A stretch of DNA of 64,000 nucleotides from NCBI GenBank assembly GCA_002269645.1, contig NIVC01000268.1, positions 372,001 through 436,000 of the forward strand, written 5' to 3'. Both the position numbers and the translations under genes were made by a program. This document shows positions 23,201-35,889 of the stretch, piece after piece. Source of the DNA: Macrostomum lignano. Taxonomy: Eukaryota. The notes under the pieces are model-generated. The model had not been told where the DNA came from and did no database searches. It saw only the letters and a list, made by a program, of their open reading frames with translations. Position 1 is the stretch's first letter. Each line of letters begins with the position of its first letter.

Positions 23201-26200
23201 CTCAAAACTACATTAGCCTGTTCGCTAAAAAAGTGGCCCCATACGCTTCCGTGATCGTTAATGGCATCTACTGGGACCCGAAATTGCCCAGGCTGATTAG
23301 TGTGCCGGATGCTAAACTGCTGTTGAGGGAGCAGCAGGATCACAGTCCATGGCTTGAGTCTTCAGCTGGTAAGAAATCTGAAACTTGGTGTTAATATACT
23401 CACCGAACATGGAAACTGGGCGGTCACAATTGAAGGTCTATCAGCCACTGCCCCCCCCCCTATGATCCATCAGCGACTGCCCCCACCATGATCCATCAGC
23501 GACTGCCCCCCCCCCCTATAATCCATCAGCGACTGCCCCCCCTATAATCCATCAGCGACTGCCCCCCCCCCTATAATCCATCAGCGACTGCCCCCCCTAT
23601 TATCCATCAGCGACTGCCCCCCCTATGATCCACCAGGCACTGCCCCCCCCCTATGATCCATCAGCCACTGCCCCCCCCCCTATGATCCATCAGCGACTGC
23701 CCCCACCATGATCCATCAGCGACTGCCCCCCCCCTATAATCCATCAGCGACTGCCCCCCCCCTATAATCCATCAGCGACTGCCCCCCGGCCCCCCCTATG
23801 ATCCACCAGGCACTGCCCCCCCCCCTATGATCCATCAGCCACTGCCCCCCCCCTGTGATCCATCAGCCACTGTCCCCTTGTTCTATTATTGTAGACAAAA
23901 TTTTTAAGAACATTTCATTTTTGTAGCAGGCGATTTGTATTAAATTTAAATCACTTTAGCAGCAACTGAGCAAGTTTAAATTTAAACAGAAAAAATAGTT
24001 TTATATTCTGTTTACAGGTTGTCCCCAGCTGCCACATCGAATGCTGGCCATCTGCGACATCAGCTGCGATCCCGGAGGGTCAATAGAGTTCATGAAAGAG
24101 ATCACCACAATTGATAAACCATTCTGTCTCTATGATGCTGAACAGAATATGAGCTACGATCAGTGAGTGCCTATTATAGAAATGGCGATTTAAAAAATGA
24201 AGTTCTCAATACTCTAGTCACTGTGATCAGTAGTCTGAACTGTTGTCGTTTTTTAACAACCTTGCCTTGTTTTGACTAAAGCCTTCGAAGGAATCGCCCC
24301 TTAGGCTCCTTAAAGAATCGCCCCTAAGCCTCCTTAAAGAACCGCCCCTAAGCCTCCTTAAAGAATCGCCCCTAAGCCTCCTTAAAGAATCGCCCTTGAG
24401 CCTCCTTAAAGAATCGCCCTTAAGCCTCCTTAAAGAATCGCCCCTAAGCCTCCTTAAAGAATCGCCCTTAAGCCTCCTTAAAGAATCGCCTCTAAGCCTC
24501 CTTAAAGAATCGCCCTTAAGCCTCCTTAAAGAATCGCCCTTAAGCCTCCTTAAAGAATCGCCCTTAAGCCTCCTTAAAGAATCGCCCTTGAGCCTCCTTA
24601 AAGAATCGCCCCTAAGGCTCCTTAAAGAATCGCCCCTAAGTCTCCTTAAAGAATCGCCCTTAAGCCTCCTTAAAGAATCGCCCCTAAGCCTCCTTAAAGA
24701 ATCGCCCTTAAGCCTCCTTAAAGAATCGCCTCTAAGCCTCCTTAAAGAATCGCCCTTAAGCCTCCTTAAAGAATCGCCCTTAAGCCTCCTTAAAGAATCG
24801 CCCTTAAGCCTCCTTAAAGAATCGCCCTTAAGCCTCCTTAAAGAATCGCCCTTAAGCCTCCTTAAAGAATCGCCCTTGAGCCTCCTTAAAGAATCGCCCC
24901 TAAGGCTCCTTAAAGAATCGCCCCTAAGTCTCCTTAAAGAATCGCCCTTAAGCCTCCTTAAAGAATCGCCCCTAAGCCTCCTTAAAGAATCGCCCTTAAG
25001 CCTCCTTAAAGAATCGCCTCTAAGCCTCCTTAAAGAATCGCCCTTAAGCCTCCTTAAAGAATCGCCCCTAAGTCTCCTTAAAGAATCGCCCTTAAGCCTC
25101 CTTAAAGAATCGCCCTTAAGCCTCCCTAAAGAATCGCCTCTAAGCCTCCTAAAGCATCGTCTCTAAGCCTACTAAATAATCGTCTCTAAGCCTCCTAAAG
25201 CATCGTCTCTAAGCCTACTAAATAATCGTCTCTAAGCCTCCTAAAGCATCGTCTCTAAGCCTCCTAAAGCATCGTCTCTAAGCCTCCTAAAGCATCGTCT
25301 CTAAGCCTCCTAAAGCATCGTCTCTAAGCCTCCTAAAGCATCGTCTCTAAGCCTCCTAAAGCATCGTCTCTAAGCCTCCTAAAGCATCGTCTCTAAGCCT
25401 CCTAAAGCATCGTCTTTAAGCCTCCTAAAGCATCGTCTCTAAGCCTCCTAAAGCATCGTCTCTAAGCCTCCTAAAGCATCGTCTCTAAGCCTCCTAAAGC
25501 ATCGTCTATAAGCCTCCTAAAGCATCGTCTCTAAGCCTCCTAAAGCATCGTCTCTAAGCCTCCATAAGAATCGACATTCACCCTTCCAGAGATGCATGTG
25601 GGAAAATTATAGAAAAAGATGGGTTTTTCTGTAAAAAAATTTTTCAGTTTCTCAGGCCCTGGCGTGATAATCTGCGCTGTGGACAACATGCCGGCTCAAA
25701 TGCCCCGGGAGAGCACCGAGTTTTTCGGCTCGCTACTGATGCCATATGTCTACGATATTGTGAGTCTTTGGGGTAGACTCTAAATCCCCATTCCAGTAGT
25801 CTCCAATGGGATAATTGGGATCTCAGACTCTAAATCCCCATTCGAGTAGTCTCCAATGGGATAATTGGGATCTCAGACTCCAAATCCCCATTCGAGTAGT
25901 CTCCAATGGGATAATTGGGATCTCAGACTCTAAATCCCCATTCGAGTAGTCTCCAATGGGATAATTGGGATCTCAGATTCTAAATCCCCATAGTATAGTG
26001 TTTCGAAGTTCTTTTAAGGATATGCAATCAAAATCCTAATTCTCATTTCCAATTCAGATGTCTTCTGACGCCAAGCAGCCATTCGACAAATGGGAAGCTG
26101 ATCCCATTGTCAAAAATGCCGTCATTACTTCTAACGGCTCTTTGACTCCGAATTTCGAGTACATTGCCGAACTTCGCGACGCCAAGCGCAAGCAGTCGGC

Positions 26201-29200
26201 TGGCAGAGCTCGATCCAGACAGGCCGTGAAGCACCGGCTGCTGGTGCTGGGCTCGGGGCATGTGGCTGGTCCGCTGGTGGAGTATCTGCAGAGGGATGCG
26301 AGCTTGCAGATCACCATTGGTGAGTGCACTGACTGACTGACTGACTGACTGACTGACTGACTGACTGACTGACTGACTGACTGACTGACTGACTGACTGA
26401 CTGACTGACTGACTGACTGACTGACTGACTGACTGACTGACTTGAGTGAGTGGGTGACTCACTGACTGACTGACTGACTGACTGACTGACTGACTGACTG
26501 ACTGACTGACTGACTGACTGACTGACTGACTGACTGACTGACTGACTGACTGACTGACTGACTGACTGACTGACTGACTGACTTGAGTGAGTGGGTGACT
26601 CACTGACTGACTGACTCACTGACTCACTGACTGACTCACTGACTGACTCACTGACTGACTGACTCACTGACTCACTTACTGACCATAATGACAGGCCAAC
26701 TCGATCCAAACAACTGCTTTTAAACGGAGTTTCCCTCATTTAACTTGCCATTTCCTTTCCTTCCTCAGCCTCCAACATCCGTGCAGACGTGGAGTCGATG
26801 GCATCCAAGTACAACTGTCAGCCCGTATTCGCGGACGTGAGCAGTCAGCCGGACGTGATCGAAGGTCTCATAGCGGATCACAGCCTAGTGGTGAGCCTGC
26901 TACCCTACAGATTTCATCCGAGGGTGTTGAAGATGTGCCTGCGAGCGAGGCGCAATCTAGTCACGGCCTCCTATGCCACCGACGAGATGCGGGAGCTGAG
27001 CAAAGAGGCCAAGGAGGTCGGCATAACGGTGTCCATGGAGAATGGGTTGGATCCCGGCATTGATCACCTGCTGGCTATGGAAGCTATCGAGTCTATTAAA
27101 GAGCACGGCGGAATTATTGACAAGTGAGTCCGTGCTCAGATATATGCCTAGGCACAGTATACCCGGTCGTAATTATCCCCGATAAAAGTATCCCCCATAA
27201 ACATATCCTCCATACCCGAAAAATATGTATAATGGAATATCCTCATTATAACATTAATATTACTTTTTGCAGAGCATCAATGTAGAATTTTATGAGGGCG
27301 CTTACGGAGCAGCTTACGCGCCCTCACAAAATTCTACATTGATGCCCCGCAAAAAGTAATGTTTATATTATTGTCATTAATGCAAGAGATTTCCGGGCAT
27401 CAATGTCGAAAATTCCGGGCTCTGTGTTATTACATAGAATGCAGTTGAAATGTCTATGGCCATTCTTTCTTTTGATTTGCGAGCTCTGGGCCATAGACGA
27501 AGTTTTGATGGTCCAGGTCTAGAGATGGACAGTAAAACTGAAGGAGCTAGAAAAATGCTAAATGTATTTTTTTCAAATCTGTCAGGACTAAGCTTGAGTT
27601 CTGAAAATGATCAACCGTTTAATTAATTATTCCAATCTGCCGGGAGAAATGGTTTCCGGTATGTCGACCGAAGAGCTGGCGCGTGGGTATCATCCGAGTC
27701 GAACAGCCGGTATTTGGAGGAACTGAGCGAAGAATTTGCGCGCAAGATCGAATCAGAAGAGATTCTCGACATTCCGGAGGACGTGATGCAAGAGTTGAAT
27801 CAGCTTGAACGAGATGGAATACCGGACTCCTCCGCCCGGCAGATGGAGGACAATGTGAGCCGCTTCAAGACTTTTCTGGAAGAAATGAAACTGTCAACGG
27901 ATCTGCTGCGAATTCCAAAGTCGATTCTGGCTAATTATTTGCGTTTCTTCTATTCGACACTGCGAACAAAGGACGAGCGGTACTATGCTCCAGCAAGTCT
28001 CATCTGCATTAGAGCCGGACTGTATCGCTTCTTCTGTCTCAGTCGCCCAGAGATTAACATTGTCAAAAATCAGCCTTTAGGATAATGCAATCGTCTATGG
28101 TTAAACCATGAGCACATTTATTTATTTTTTCACTTAAACTTCAGGATAATGATTTCAAACTCGGGATAATGGACACCTATTTTTAGAACAAAACAGCAAA
28201 CACCAACAACAAAAGATTAGCGCTATGGAAAGTTAATTGTGCAGTATCAATATGGCGCAATTGTCATAGTGCCGAAGACCATTACAGATTGCAATTGTTG
28301 AAAGTGCAGTTGTTCATAATAAAGATATTCCGACCGTTCATCTGACGACCATCAGACACGCTCACTGCTTCTTGCACGATGGAACTTTGGATGCTGATGT
28401 CAGCAGGCATTGTTACTTGACCGTGGGTTGCGGCGCTTTGTCCCATGTTCAACGCACGCGACACTGCATCGCTGCATTGTTGCAGGGACTTGTCCCGTTT
28501 AACTGCCAGGTAGCGCCGGACCGTGCTCTCGGACTTTTGACCCGTGATAGCCATGATCTCGCTCATCGAATTCCCAGCCGATTCCAGGTCTCAAGAAAGT
28601 GCAAGAAGTTCAAAAAGTCTTCGTTATCCTTCATGTCCTTCTGAGATGTGGAAAGTCTTGAGATCCAATTGAGTTTGCTGCTAGATACGTTGGCTAAACT
28701 TTCGACAGGCAGATTGCCCCAGTTGATCGGATATGACGTCTGGTTCTCCATGGCCAAGCGAATGTAGCTATTTACGTTTTATTCTCTCTTTCTCTCCACA
28801 TCTCCTTCCTTTCCACCCTCTTAACCCCCAGCCTGTTTGCAACTTCGTTGTCTATGGCCCAAACTCCAGTAAACCACCTCAGTCTTTATGTCTCTCTCTC
28901 CTTGGTAACCCCTCTCTCCTTTCGATGCCCTTTTTGTCTATGGCCCCACTGAAATTCGACAATGCGGTTATTCGTAAGTGAGACTTTAGGATAATAGTCC
29001 GGCTCATGAGTGCGCTGCGCTAAAGTCTCACTTACGAATAACCAACCATTAACATTAACTTCTGCTGTTATTTGTTTGCCTCTGTTTCACACTGTTGTTA
29101 TATTTCGCTCTATTACTGAAATAGAAAATACCATAGACAATTCAAGGCACGAATCGCCACATTGACGCCCGGAAAAGGGACGCTTAAGCCCGCAAAAATT

Positions 29201-32200
29201 AATGACAATAACAATACCGCCATCAAAAGTATCCCCTATTAATCATATATCCATTATAAATAGCCCTAATAAAAATATCCCTTACTAATAATATCCCCAT
29301 TATCAATATCCCCAAAAAATGCCCTTACTAATAATATCCCCATTATAAACATCCCCAATAAAAATATCCCCAATAAAAATGCCTTTACTAATAATATCCC
29401 AAATAAAAATACCCCTACTAATATTATCCCCATAATAAATATCCCCTTTAAAAGCATCCCCACGCAAAATATGCCCACCCAGATTCATCAGTTACTGCGG
29501 CGGGCTGCCGGCACCGCAGCACAGCACGAACCCACTGCGCTACAAGTTCAGCTGGAGCCCCGAGGGCGCTCTGCTATCCACACTGAACGCTTCTCGCTAC
29601 TTGAAGTCCGGCAAAATTGTTGAAATACCCCGCGGCGGTCACCTGATGCTGGCTGCTCAGGACATCGAGTACTTTCCCGGCTTCAATCTGGAAGGCTATC
29701 CCAACAGAGACAGCCTGCACTACCGGGATCTGTACGGGATCGAGTCCGCCCAGACCCTGCTCAGGGGGACGCTCAGGTATCGGGGCTACTCCAACGCAGC
29801 CTGGGGACTCATCCAGCTTGGCCTACTGTCGGACACTCCGCACGCCAGTCTGCATCCGGAAGGCCCAGACATCACCTGGAAACAGTTGCTATGCCAACTG
29901 CTCGGCAAACCTAGGGATATTTTTGTTGGCACGCTTAAAGACGCCGTGTTTGCTAAAGTCGGCCGGGACAGGGAGAAGTTCCAGTGCATCGAGGAGCTCG
30001 GGCTGTTCGAGGATAAGCTAATTGAGAAGAGGCACACGCCTTTGAGTAGTATCAGCTGCATGCTGGCTGAAAAGCTGAAGTACAGTGAGTGCATGATGTA
30101 CTTTTCTATTTTCAACTATTGATCTTAGAATCTTAATCATTTGATGTTTTAGCCCTGATCCAGGAATCCTCAAATCTAATACTTCGATCCCCAATCCTAA
30201 TCTCTTGATTCTAAAATCCCAACATCTAGATCTCTAATCCCAATAAACAGATCCCTAATCCTAATATCTAGATCCCTAATCCCAATATTTAGATCCCTAA
30301 TCCCAATATCTAGATCCCTAATCCTAACATCTGGATCCCTAATCCCAATATCTAGATCCCTAATCCCAATAAACAGATCCCTAATCCTAATATCTAGATC
30401 CCTAATCCCAATATCTAGATCCCTAATCCCAATATCTAGATCTCTAATCCCAATAAACAGATCCCTAATCATAATATCTAGATCCCTAATCCCAATATCT
30501 AGATCCCTAATTCCAATATCTAGATCCCTAATCCTAACATCTGGATCCCTAATCCCAATATCTAGATCCCTAATCCCAATATCTAGATCCCTAATCCCAA
30601 CACCTAGATCCCTAATCCCAATATCTAGATCCCTAATCTCAATATCTAGATCCCTAATCCCAATATCTAGATCTCTATTCATGCATGTATTTCTCAATCC
30701 CCAGACCTAGATCCCTAATCCCAATCCAATAACCTGTAAAATCATTCAGTACTGCTACTGCATCTAAAACTAAAAATTTGTCCATCCCCCCACAGACCCA
30801 GGCGAGACGGACGTGATTATAATGGTGCTGGATTTGTCGTGCCGGTTCCCCAACGGCACCCGGGAGAATCACGTGATCAGCCTGGTGAAATACGGCGATC
30901 CCAAGGCCTATTCGGCAATGTCCCTCACCGTTGGCTATCAAACAGCTATAGCCGCCAAAATGCTGCTTGATGGTGAGTCTTGGAATGAGAATTTCAATGG
31001 AATGAGTCTGGGGAATGCTGCAAATGGATTGATGTGTCAGTGAATAGAACTGATGTGTCAGTGAATAGAACTGATGTGTCAGTGAATAGAACTGATGTGT
31101 CAGTGAATAGAACTGATGTGTCAGTGAATAGAACTGATGTGTCAGTGAATAGAACTGATGTGTCAGTGAATGGAACTGATGTGTCAGTGAATAGAACTGA
31201 TGTGTCAGTGAATAGAACTGATGTGTCAGTGAATGGAACTGATGTGTCAGTGAATAGAACTGATGTGTCAGTAAATAGAACTGATGTGTCAGTGAATAAT
31301 AGAACTGATGTGTCAGTGAATAGAACTGATGTGTCAGTGGATGGAACTGATGTGTCAGTGAATAGAACTGATGTGTCAGTGAATGGGAACTGATGTGTCA
31401 GTGAATGGGAACTGATGTGTCAGTGAATGGGAACTGATGTGTCAGTGAATAGAACTGATGTGTCAGTGAATGGGAACTGATGTGTCAGTGAATGGAACTG
31501 ATGTGTCAGTGAATAGAACTGATGTGTCAGTGAATAGAATTGATGTGTCAGTGAATAGAACTGATGTGTCAGTGAATGGGAACTGATGTGTCAGTGAATG
31601 GAACTGATGTGTCAGTGAATAGAACTGATGTGTCAGTGAATGGAACTGATGTGTCAGTGAATAGAACTGATGTGTCAGTGAATAGAACTGATGTGTCAGT
31701 GAATAGAACTGATGTGTCAGTGGATAGAACTGATGTATCAGTGAAGAGAACTGATGTGTCAGTGAATGGAACTGATGTGTCAGTGAATAGAACTGATGTG
31801 TCAGTGAATAGGAACTGATGTGTCAGTGAATGGGAACTGATGTGTCAGTGAATAGAATTAATGTGTCAGTGAATGGAACTGATGTGTCAGTGAATGGGAA
31901 CTGATGTGTCAGTGAATGGAACTGATGTGTCAGTGAATAGAACTGATGTGTCAGTGAATAGAATTGATGTGTCAGTGAATAGAACTGATGTGTCAGTGAA
32001 TAGAACTGATGTGTCAGTGAATGGAACTGATGTGTCAGTGAATAGAACTGATGTGTCAGTGAAGAGAACTGATGTGTCAGTGAAGAGAACTGATGTGTCA
32101 GTGAATAATAGAACTGATGTGTCAGTGAAGAGAACTGATGTGTCAGGGAATAGAACTGATGTGTCAGTGAAGAGAACTGATGTGTCAGTGAATAGAACTG

Positions 32201-33912
32201 ATGTGTCAGTGAAGAGAACTGATGTGTCAGTGAAGAGAACTGATGTGTCAGTGAAGAGAACTGATGTGTCAGTGAATAGAACTGATGTGTCAGTGAATAG
32301 AACTGATGTGTCAGTGAATGGAACTGATGTGTCAGTGAATAGAACTGATGTGTCAGTGAAGAGAATTGATGTGTCAGTGAATAGAACTGATGTGTCAGTG
32401 AATAGAACTGATGTGTCAGTGAATGGAACTGATGTGTCAGTGAATAGAACTGATGTGTCAGTGAAGAGAACTGATGTGTCAGTGAAGAGAACTGATGTGT
32501 CAGTGAATAATAGAACTGATGTGTCAGTGAAGAGAACTGATGTGTCAGTGAATAGAACTGATGTGTCAGTGAAGAGAACTGATGTGTCAGTGAATAGAAC
32601 TGATGTGTCAGTGAAGAGAACTGATGTGTCAGTGAATGGAACTGATGTGTCAGTGAATAGAACTGATGTGTCAGTGAATAATAGAACTGATGTGTCAGTG
32701 AAGAGAACTGATGTGTCAGTGAAGAAAACTGATGTGTCAGTGAAGAGAACTGATGTGTCAGTGAAGAGAACTGATGTGTCAGTGAATAATAGAACTGATG
32801 TGTCAGTGAATAATAGAACTGATGTGTCAGTGAAGAGAACTGATGTGTCAGGGAATAGAACTGATGTGTCAGTGAAGAGAACTGATGTGTCAGTGAATAG
32901 AACTGATGTGTCAGTGAAGAGAACTGATGTGTCAGTGAAGAGAACTGATGTGTCAGTGAAGAGAACTGATGTGTCAGTGAATGGAACTGATGTGTCAGTG
33001 AATAGAACTGATGTGTCAGTGAATGGAACTGATGTGTCAGTGAAGAGAACTGATGTGTCAGTGAAGAGAACTGATTTGTCAGTGAATGGAACTGATGTGT
33101 CAGTGAAGAGAACTGATGTGTCAGTGAAGAGAACTGATGTGTCAGTGAAGAGAACTGATGTGTCAGTGAATAGAACTGATGTGTCAGTGAATAGAACTGA
33201 TGTGTCAGTGAATGGAACTGATGTGTCAGTGAATAGAACTGATGTGTCAGTGAATGGAACTGATGTGTCAGTGAAGAGAACTGATGTGTCAGTGAATAGA
33301 ACTGATGTGTCAGTGAATAGAACTGATGTGTCAGTGAATAGAACTGATGTGTCACTGAATGGAACTGATGTGTCAGTGAAGAGAACTGATGTGTCAGTGA
33401 AGAGAACTGATGTGTCAGTGAAGAGAACTGATGTGTCAGTGAATAGAACTGATGTGTCAGTGAATAGAACTGATGTGTCAGTGAATGGAACTGATGTGTC
33501 AGTGAATAGAACTGATGTGTCAGTGAATGGAACTGATGTGTCAGTGAAGAGAACTGATGTGTCAGTGAATAGAACTGATGTGTCAGTGAATAGAACTGAT
33601 GTGTCAGTGAATAGAACTGATGTGTCAGTGAATAGAACTGATGTGTCAGTGAATAGAACTGATGTGTCACTGAATGGAACTGATGTGTCAGTGAAGAGAA
33701 CTGATGTGTCAGTGAAGAGAACTGACGTGTCAGTGAAGAGAACTGACGTGTCACTGGGTGACTCAAGCAAAGCCCGCTGTCATCTTTCAGAAGAGATCCA
33801 AGACCGCGGTCTCGTGCTGCCGCTGTCAATGAACATCTACCGACCAATATTGAAGCGACTCAAAGCTGAAGGCATCTCAGCCGTCGCCAAGACAACCGAA
33901 ATTGAAGGCTGA
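20262..33912 (+). CDS. AASS: Alpha-aminoadipic semialdehyde synthase (bifunctional lysine-ketoglutarate reductase / saccharopine dehydrogenase), ~941 aa, 10 exons
   Basis: Exons: 20262-20486, 20602-20937, 22879-23368, 24018-24162, 25648-25759, 26058-26319, 26769-27123, 29483-30084, 30796-30972, 33791-33912 (2826 nt, phases consistent). Motifs: [111 protein letters not shown]. The N-terminus looks like a mitochondrial presequence. Confidence 0.96.
22260..22740. repeat. Degenerate G-rich ~15-bp repeat (GGGGGTATGAAGTTT-like), AASS intron 2
   Basis: Visible degenerate repeat. It produces the spurious P/Q-rich ORF 22229-22813. Confidence 0.8.
23440..23875. repeat. ~27-30-bp repeat (ATCCATCAGCGACTG-polyC-TAT), AASS intron 3
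   Basis: Visible tandem repeat with variable C-run length. Confidence 0.9.
24283..25560. repeat. Compound minisatellite: 24-bp (CCTTAAGCCTCCTTAAAGAATCGC)n grading into 22-bp (TCTCTAAGCCTCCTAAAGCATCG-like)n, AASS intron 4
   Basis: Visible. The switch occurs near 25130. It explains the [11 protein letters not shown]. Confidence 0.96.
25775..25992. repeat. 50-bp tandem repeat, ~4.3 copies, AASS intron 5
   Basis: Unit AGACTCTAAATCCCCATTCGAGTAGTCTCCAATGGGATAATTGGGATCTC. Confidence 0.92.
26328..26680. repeat. (GACT)n tetranucleotide microsatellite with a duplicated interruption, AASS intron 6
   Basis: Visible. The interruption CTTGAGTGAGTGGGTGACTC occurs twice. Confidence 0.97.
27250..29220. mobile_element. 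Crypton-derived composite element in AASS intron 7, with convergent recombinase fragments and imperfect inverted ends
   Basis: + ORF 27714-28085 ([56 protein letters not shown]) is a Crypton N-terminal/core-binding region. - ORF 28282-28566 ([17 protein letters not shown]) is a tyrosine recombinase C-terminal box. Ends 27360-27510 and 28840-29215 share inverted motifs. Confidence 0.7.
29225..29470. repeat. Degenerate ~15-18-bp repeat (AATATCCCC..AATA), AASS intron 7
   Basis: Visible. Similar units lie at 27170-27245, on the other side of the Crypton element. Confidence 0.7.
30170..30730. repeat. 21-bp minisatellite (CTAGATCCCTAATCCCAATAT)n, AASS intron 8
   Basis: Visible. It explains the IRDLDIG ORF. 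Confidence 0.94.
31028..33760. repeat. 21-bp minisatellite (GTCAGTGAATAGAACTGATGT)n, ~130 copies, AASS intron 9
   Basis: Visible 2.7-kb array. It explains three overlapping >600-aa repetitive ORFs. Confidence 0.98.
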
Positions 33913-34609
33913 CGAGCTAGCTGTGCTAATTTATATTGCTGTGATGTAAATGTCAAGGATCCTAACGTAGGAAAAAGAAAGTTCTTTTACCTCTGTTATA
34001 ATCTGTTTTTTGCACTTGCTTCAGAAAAGAAAGAACTTTTTCTTAGTACAATATTGTACTTTACTAGAAGCATATCGTTTGTTTACTATTTTATAATCTC
34101 TCCAGGTAAACAATACATACTTTCAAACTTCTCACTTAAAGTCTCATTATTTATTTCAATTTTTATTTACAGATTTTATTTATACTATTTTTAAATTCGC
34201 TCTACTCACTCCAGTAGTATGTTGCGACTGCGAATTTAAAATTTATATGGAGTATTTTTATGCTTATATCAGTAACTCAGTTTTTGAAAAATGCCAAAAA
34301 TTGCTTTGTTTTTATTTCATTCCTTTCTTTGCAAATGCATTAATTAATATATATTTTGTGATTAAATAATTTCATACGATCTCCGCTACTTTCAGTAAGC
34401 TATGTAGTTAATTAACGAAAACATTGCAGCTGTGACAGAAAATATACGAACTGTGCAGACTATCACAAATTTTTTATTTACGAGTATATGTATGTTCTGA
34501 TATTTATAAAGCCAGGCGTAACTTCTTAATAAATTTAATTATTGGCTTTTATAATCAGTCATGAGTCACTGTCTCAGCCCCACCTCCACGTTTTGAGAGT
34601 CAACTCCAG

Positions 34610-34845
34610 GGTCTCTGCCCTCTGCACTCTATAACCCATCCTCTCTGCACTCTATTATCAGCCCTCTCTGCACTCTATAACCCACCCTCTCTGCACTCTA
34701 TAACCCACCCTCTCTGCACTCTATAACCCACCCTCTCTGCACTCTATAACCCACCCTCTCTGCACTCTATAACCCACCCTCTCTGCACTCTATTATCAGC
34801 CCTCTCTGCACTCTATAATCCACCCTCTCTGCACTTTATAATCCA
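34610..34845. repeat. 23-bp tandem repeat (CCCACCCTCTCTGCACTCTATAA)n
   Basis: Visible. Confidence 0.9.
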
Positions 34846-35300
34846 GAACCAACCCCTTTTATCCATGGCCCACTGAGGGGCGGTGCAAAACCAACCCCCG
34901 TTTTCCATGGCCCACTGAGCTAGGGGCGGTGCAAAACCAACCCCCGTTTTATATGGCCTACTGAGGGGCGGTGCAAAACCAGCCCCCGTTTTCCATAGCC
35001 CACTGAGGGGCGGTGCAAAACCAGCCCCCGTTTTCCATAGCCCACTGAGGGGCGGTGCAAAACCAGCCCCCGTTTTATATGGCCCACTGAGGGGCGGTGC
35101 AAAACCAGCCCCCGTTTTCCATAGCCCACTGAGGGGCGGTGCAAAACCAACTCCCGTTTTTTATGGCCCACTGAGGGGCGGTGCAAAACCAACCCCCGTT
35201 TTCCATGGCCCACTGAGGGGCGCTGGAGAACCAACTCCCGTTTTATATGGCCCACTTAGTGGTGGTGCAGAATCAACCCTAATTTTTCATGCCCCACTGA
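34845..35300. repeat. 42-bp tandem repeat (CCCACTGAGGGGCGGTGCAAAACCAACCCCCGTTTTCCATGG)n, family B-related
   Basis: Visible. It is similar to the ~43-bp arrays in the Ly6-like introns. Confidence 0.9.
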
Positions 35301-35889
35301 GGTTATACCATACACAAATTCTTAATAACTGATTGCTTGGGTACAAACAAAGAAACAAACAAACAAGCAAAACTTGCAGACAAACCCTCCTTACTTCTGT
35401 CTGTGGTATTATTAAAGTATTCTCCACTGCTTAGGCTGACCTAGCCGAAATTGAGAACTGTAATTGTAAGCACTGCTTTAGTTGCGCTATCTCTGCACTG
35501 ACACTTAAAAACAGGGCAGAAAAAAGATAATATTGCTCTCTGAGCAGAGACTGCACAATCCGACGGTTACTTCAGATGGGCGCTAGAAAGCAGGTGAGCC
35601 CGCGTGCGCGCGTTGACGCCACCTGTCGCACCCTTTATACAATGCAGCTACTCCTATTGCAGAGAGAGAGACTCGCATAGTTTCACTTTGAAATAAACGA
35701 CATCTCTAACCCAAATGTACAGTCATCAAACCCTGCAACCAAGGAATGAAAGCGAAACTGGGCAATGTTTGAAAATAAGCGCTACTTTTGGTGTATTTAA
35801 ACTCGCGTTTTCATCTTAGGCGAATTTCTTTAAATGAAATATATTGAGGCAAGCAAATGCTATACATATAAACTAAGACAGATACAGTA

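Noticed and set aside
24396-25166. 256-aa SLLKESPL repeat ORF
   Set aside because: Translation of the 24-bp intronic minisatellite.
31034-33912. Three overlapping ORFs of 627-674 aa ([19 protein letters not shown] repeats)
   Set aside because: They are by-products of a stop-free 21-bp array in AASS intron 9. Only the last 122 nt are a real exon.
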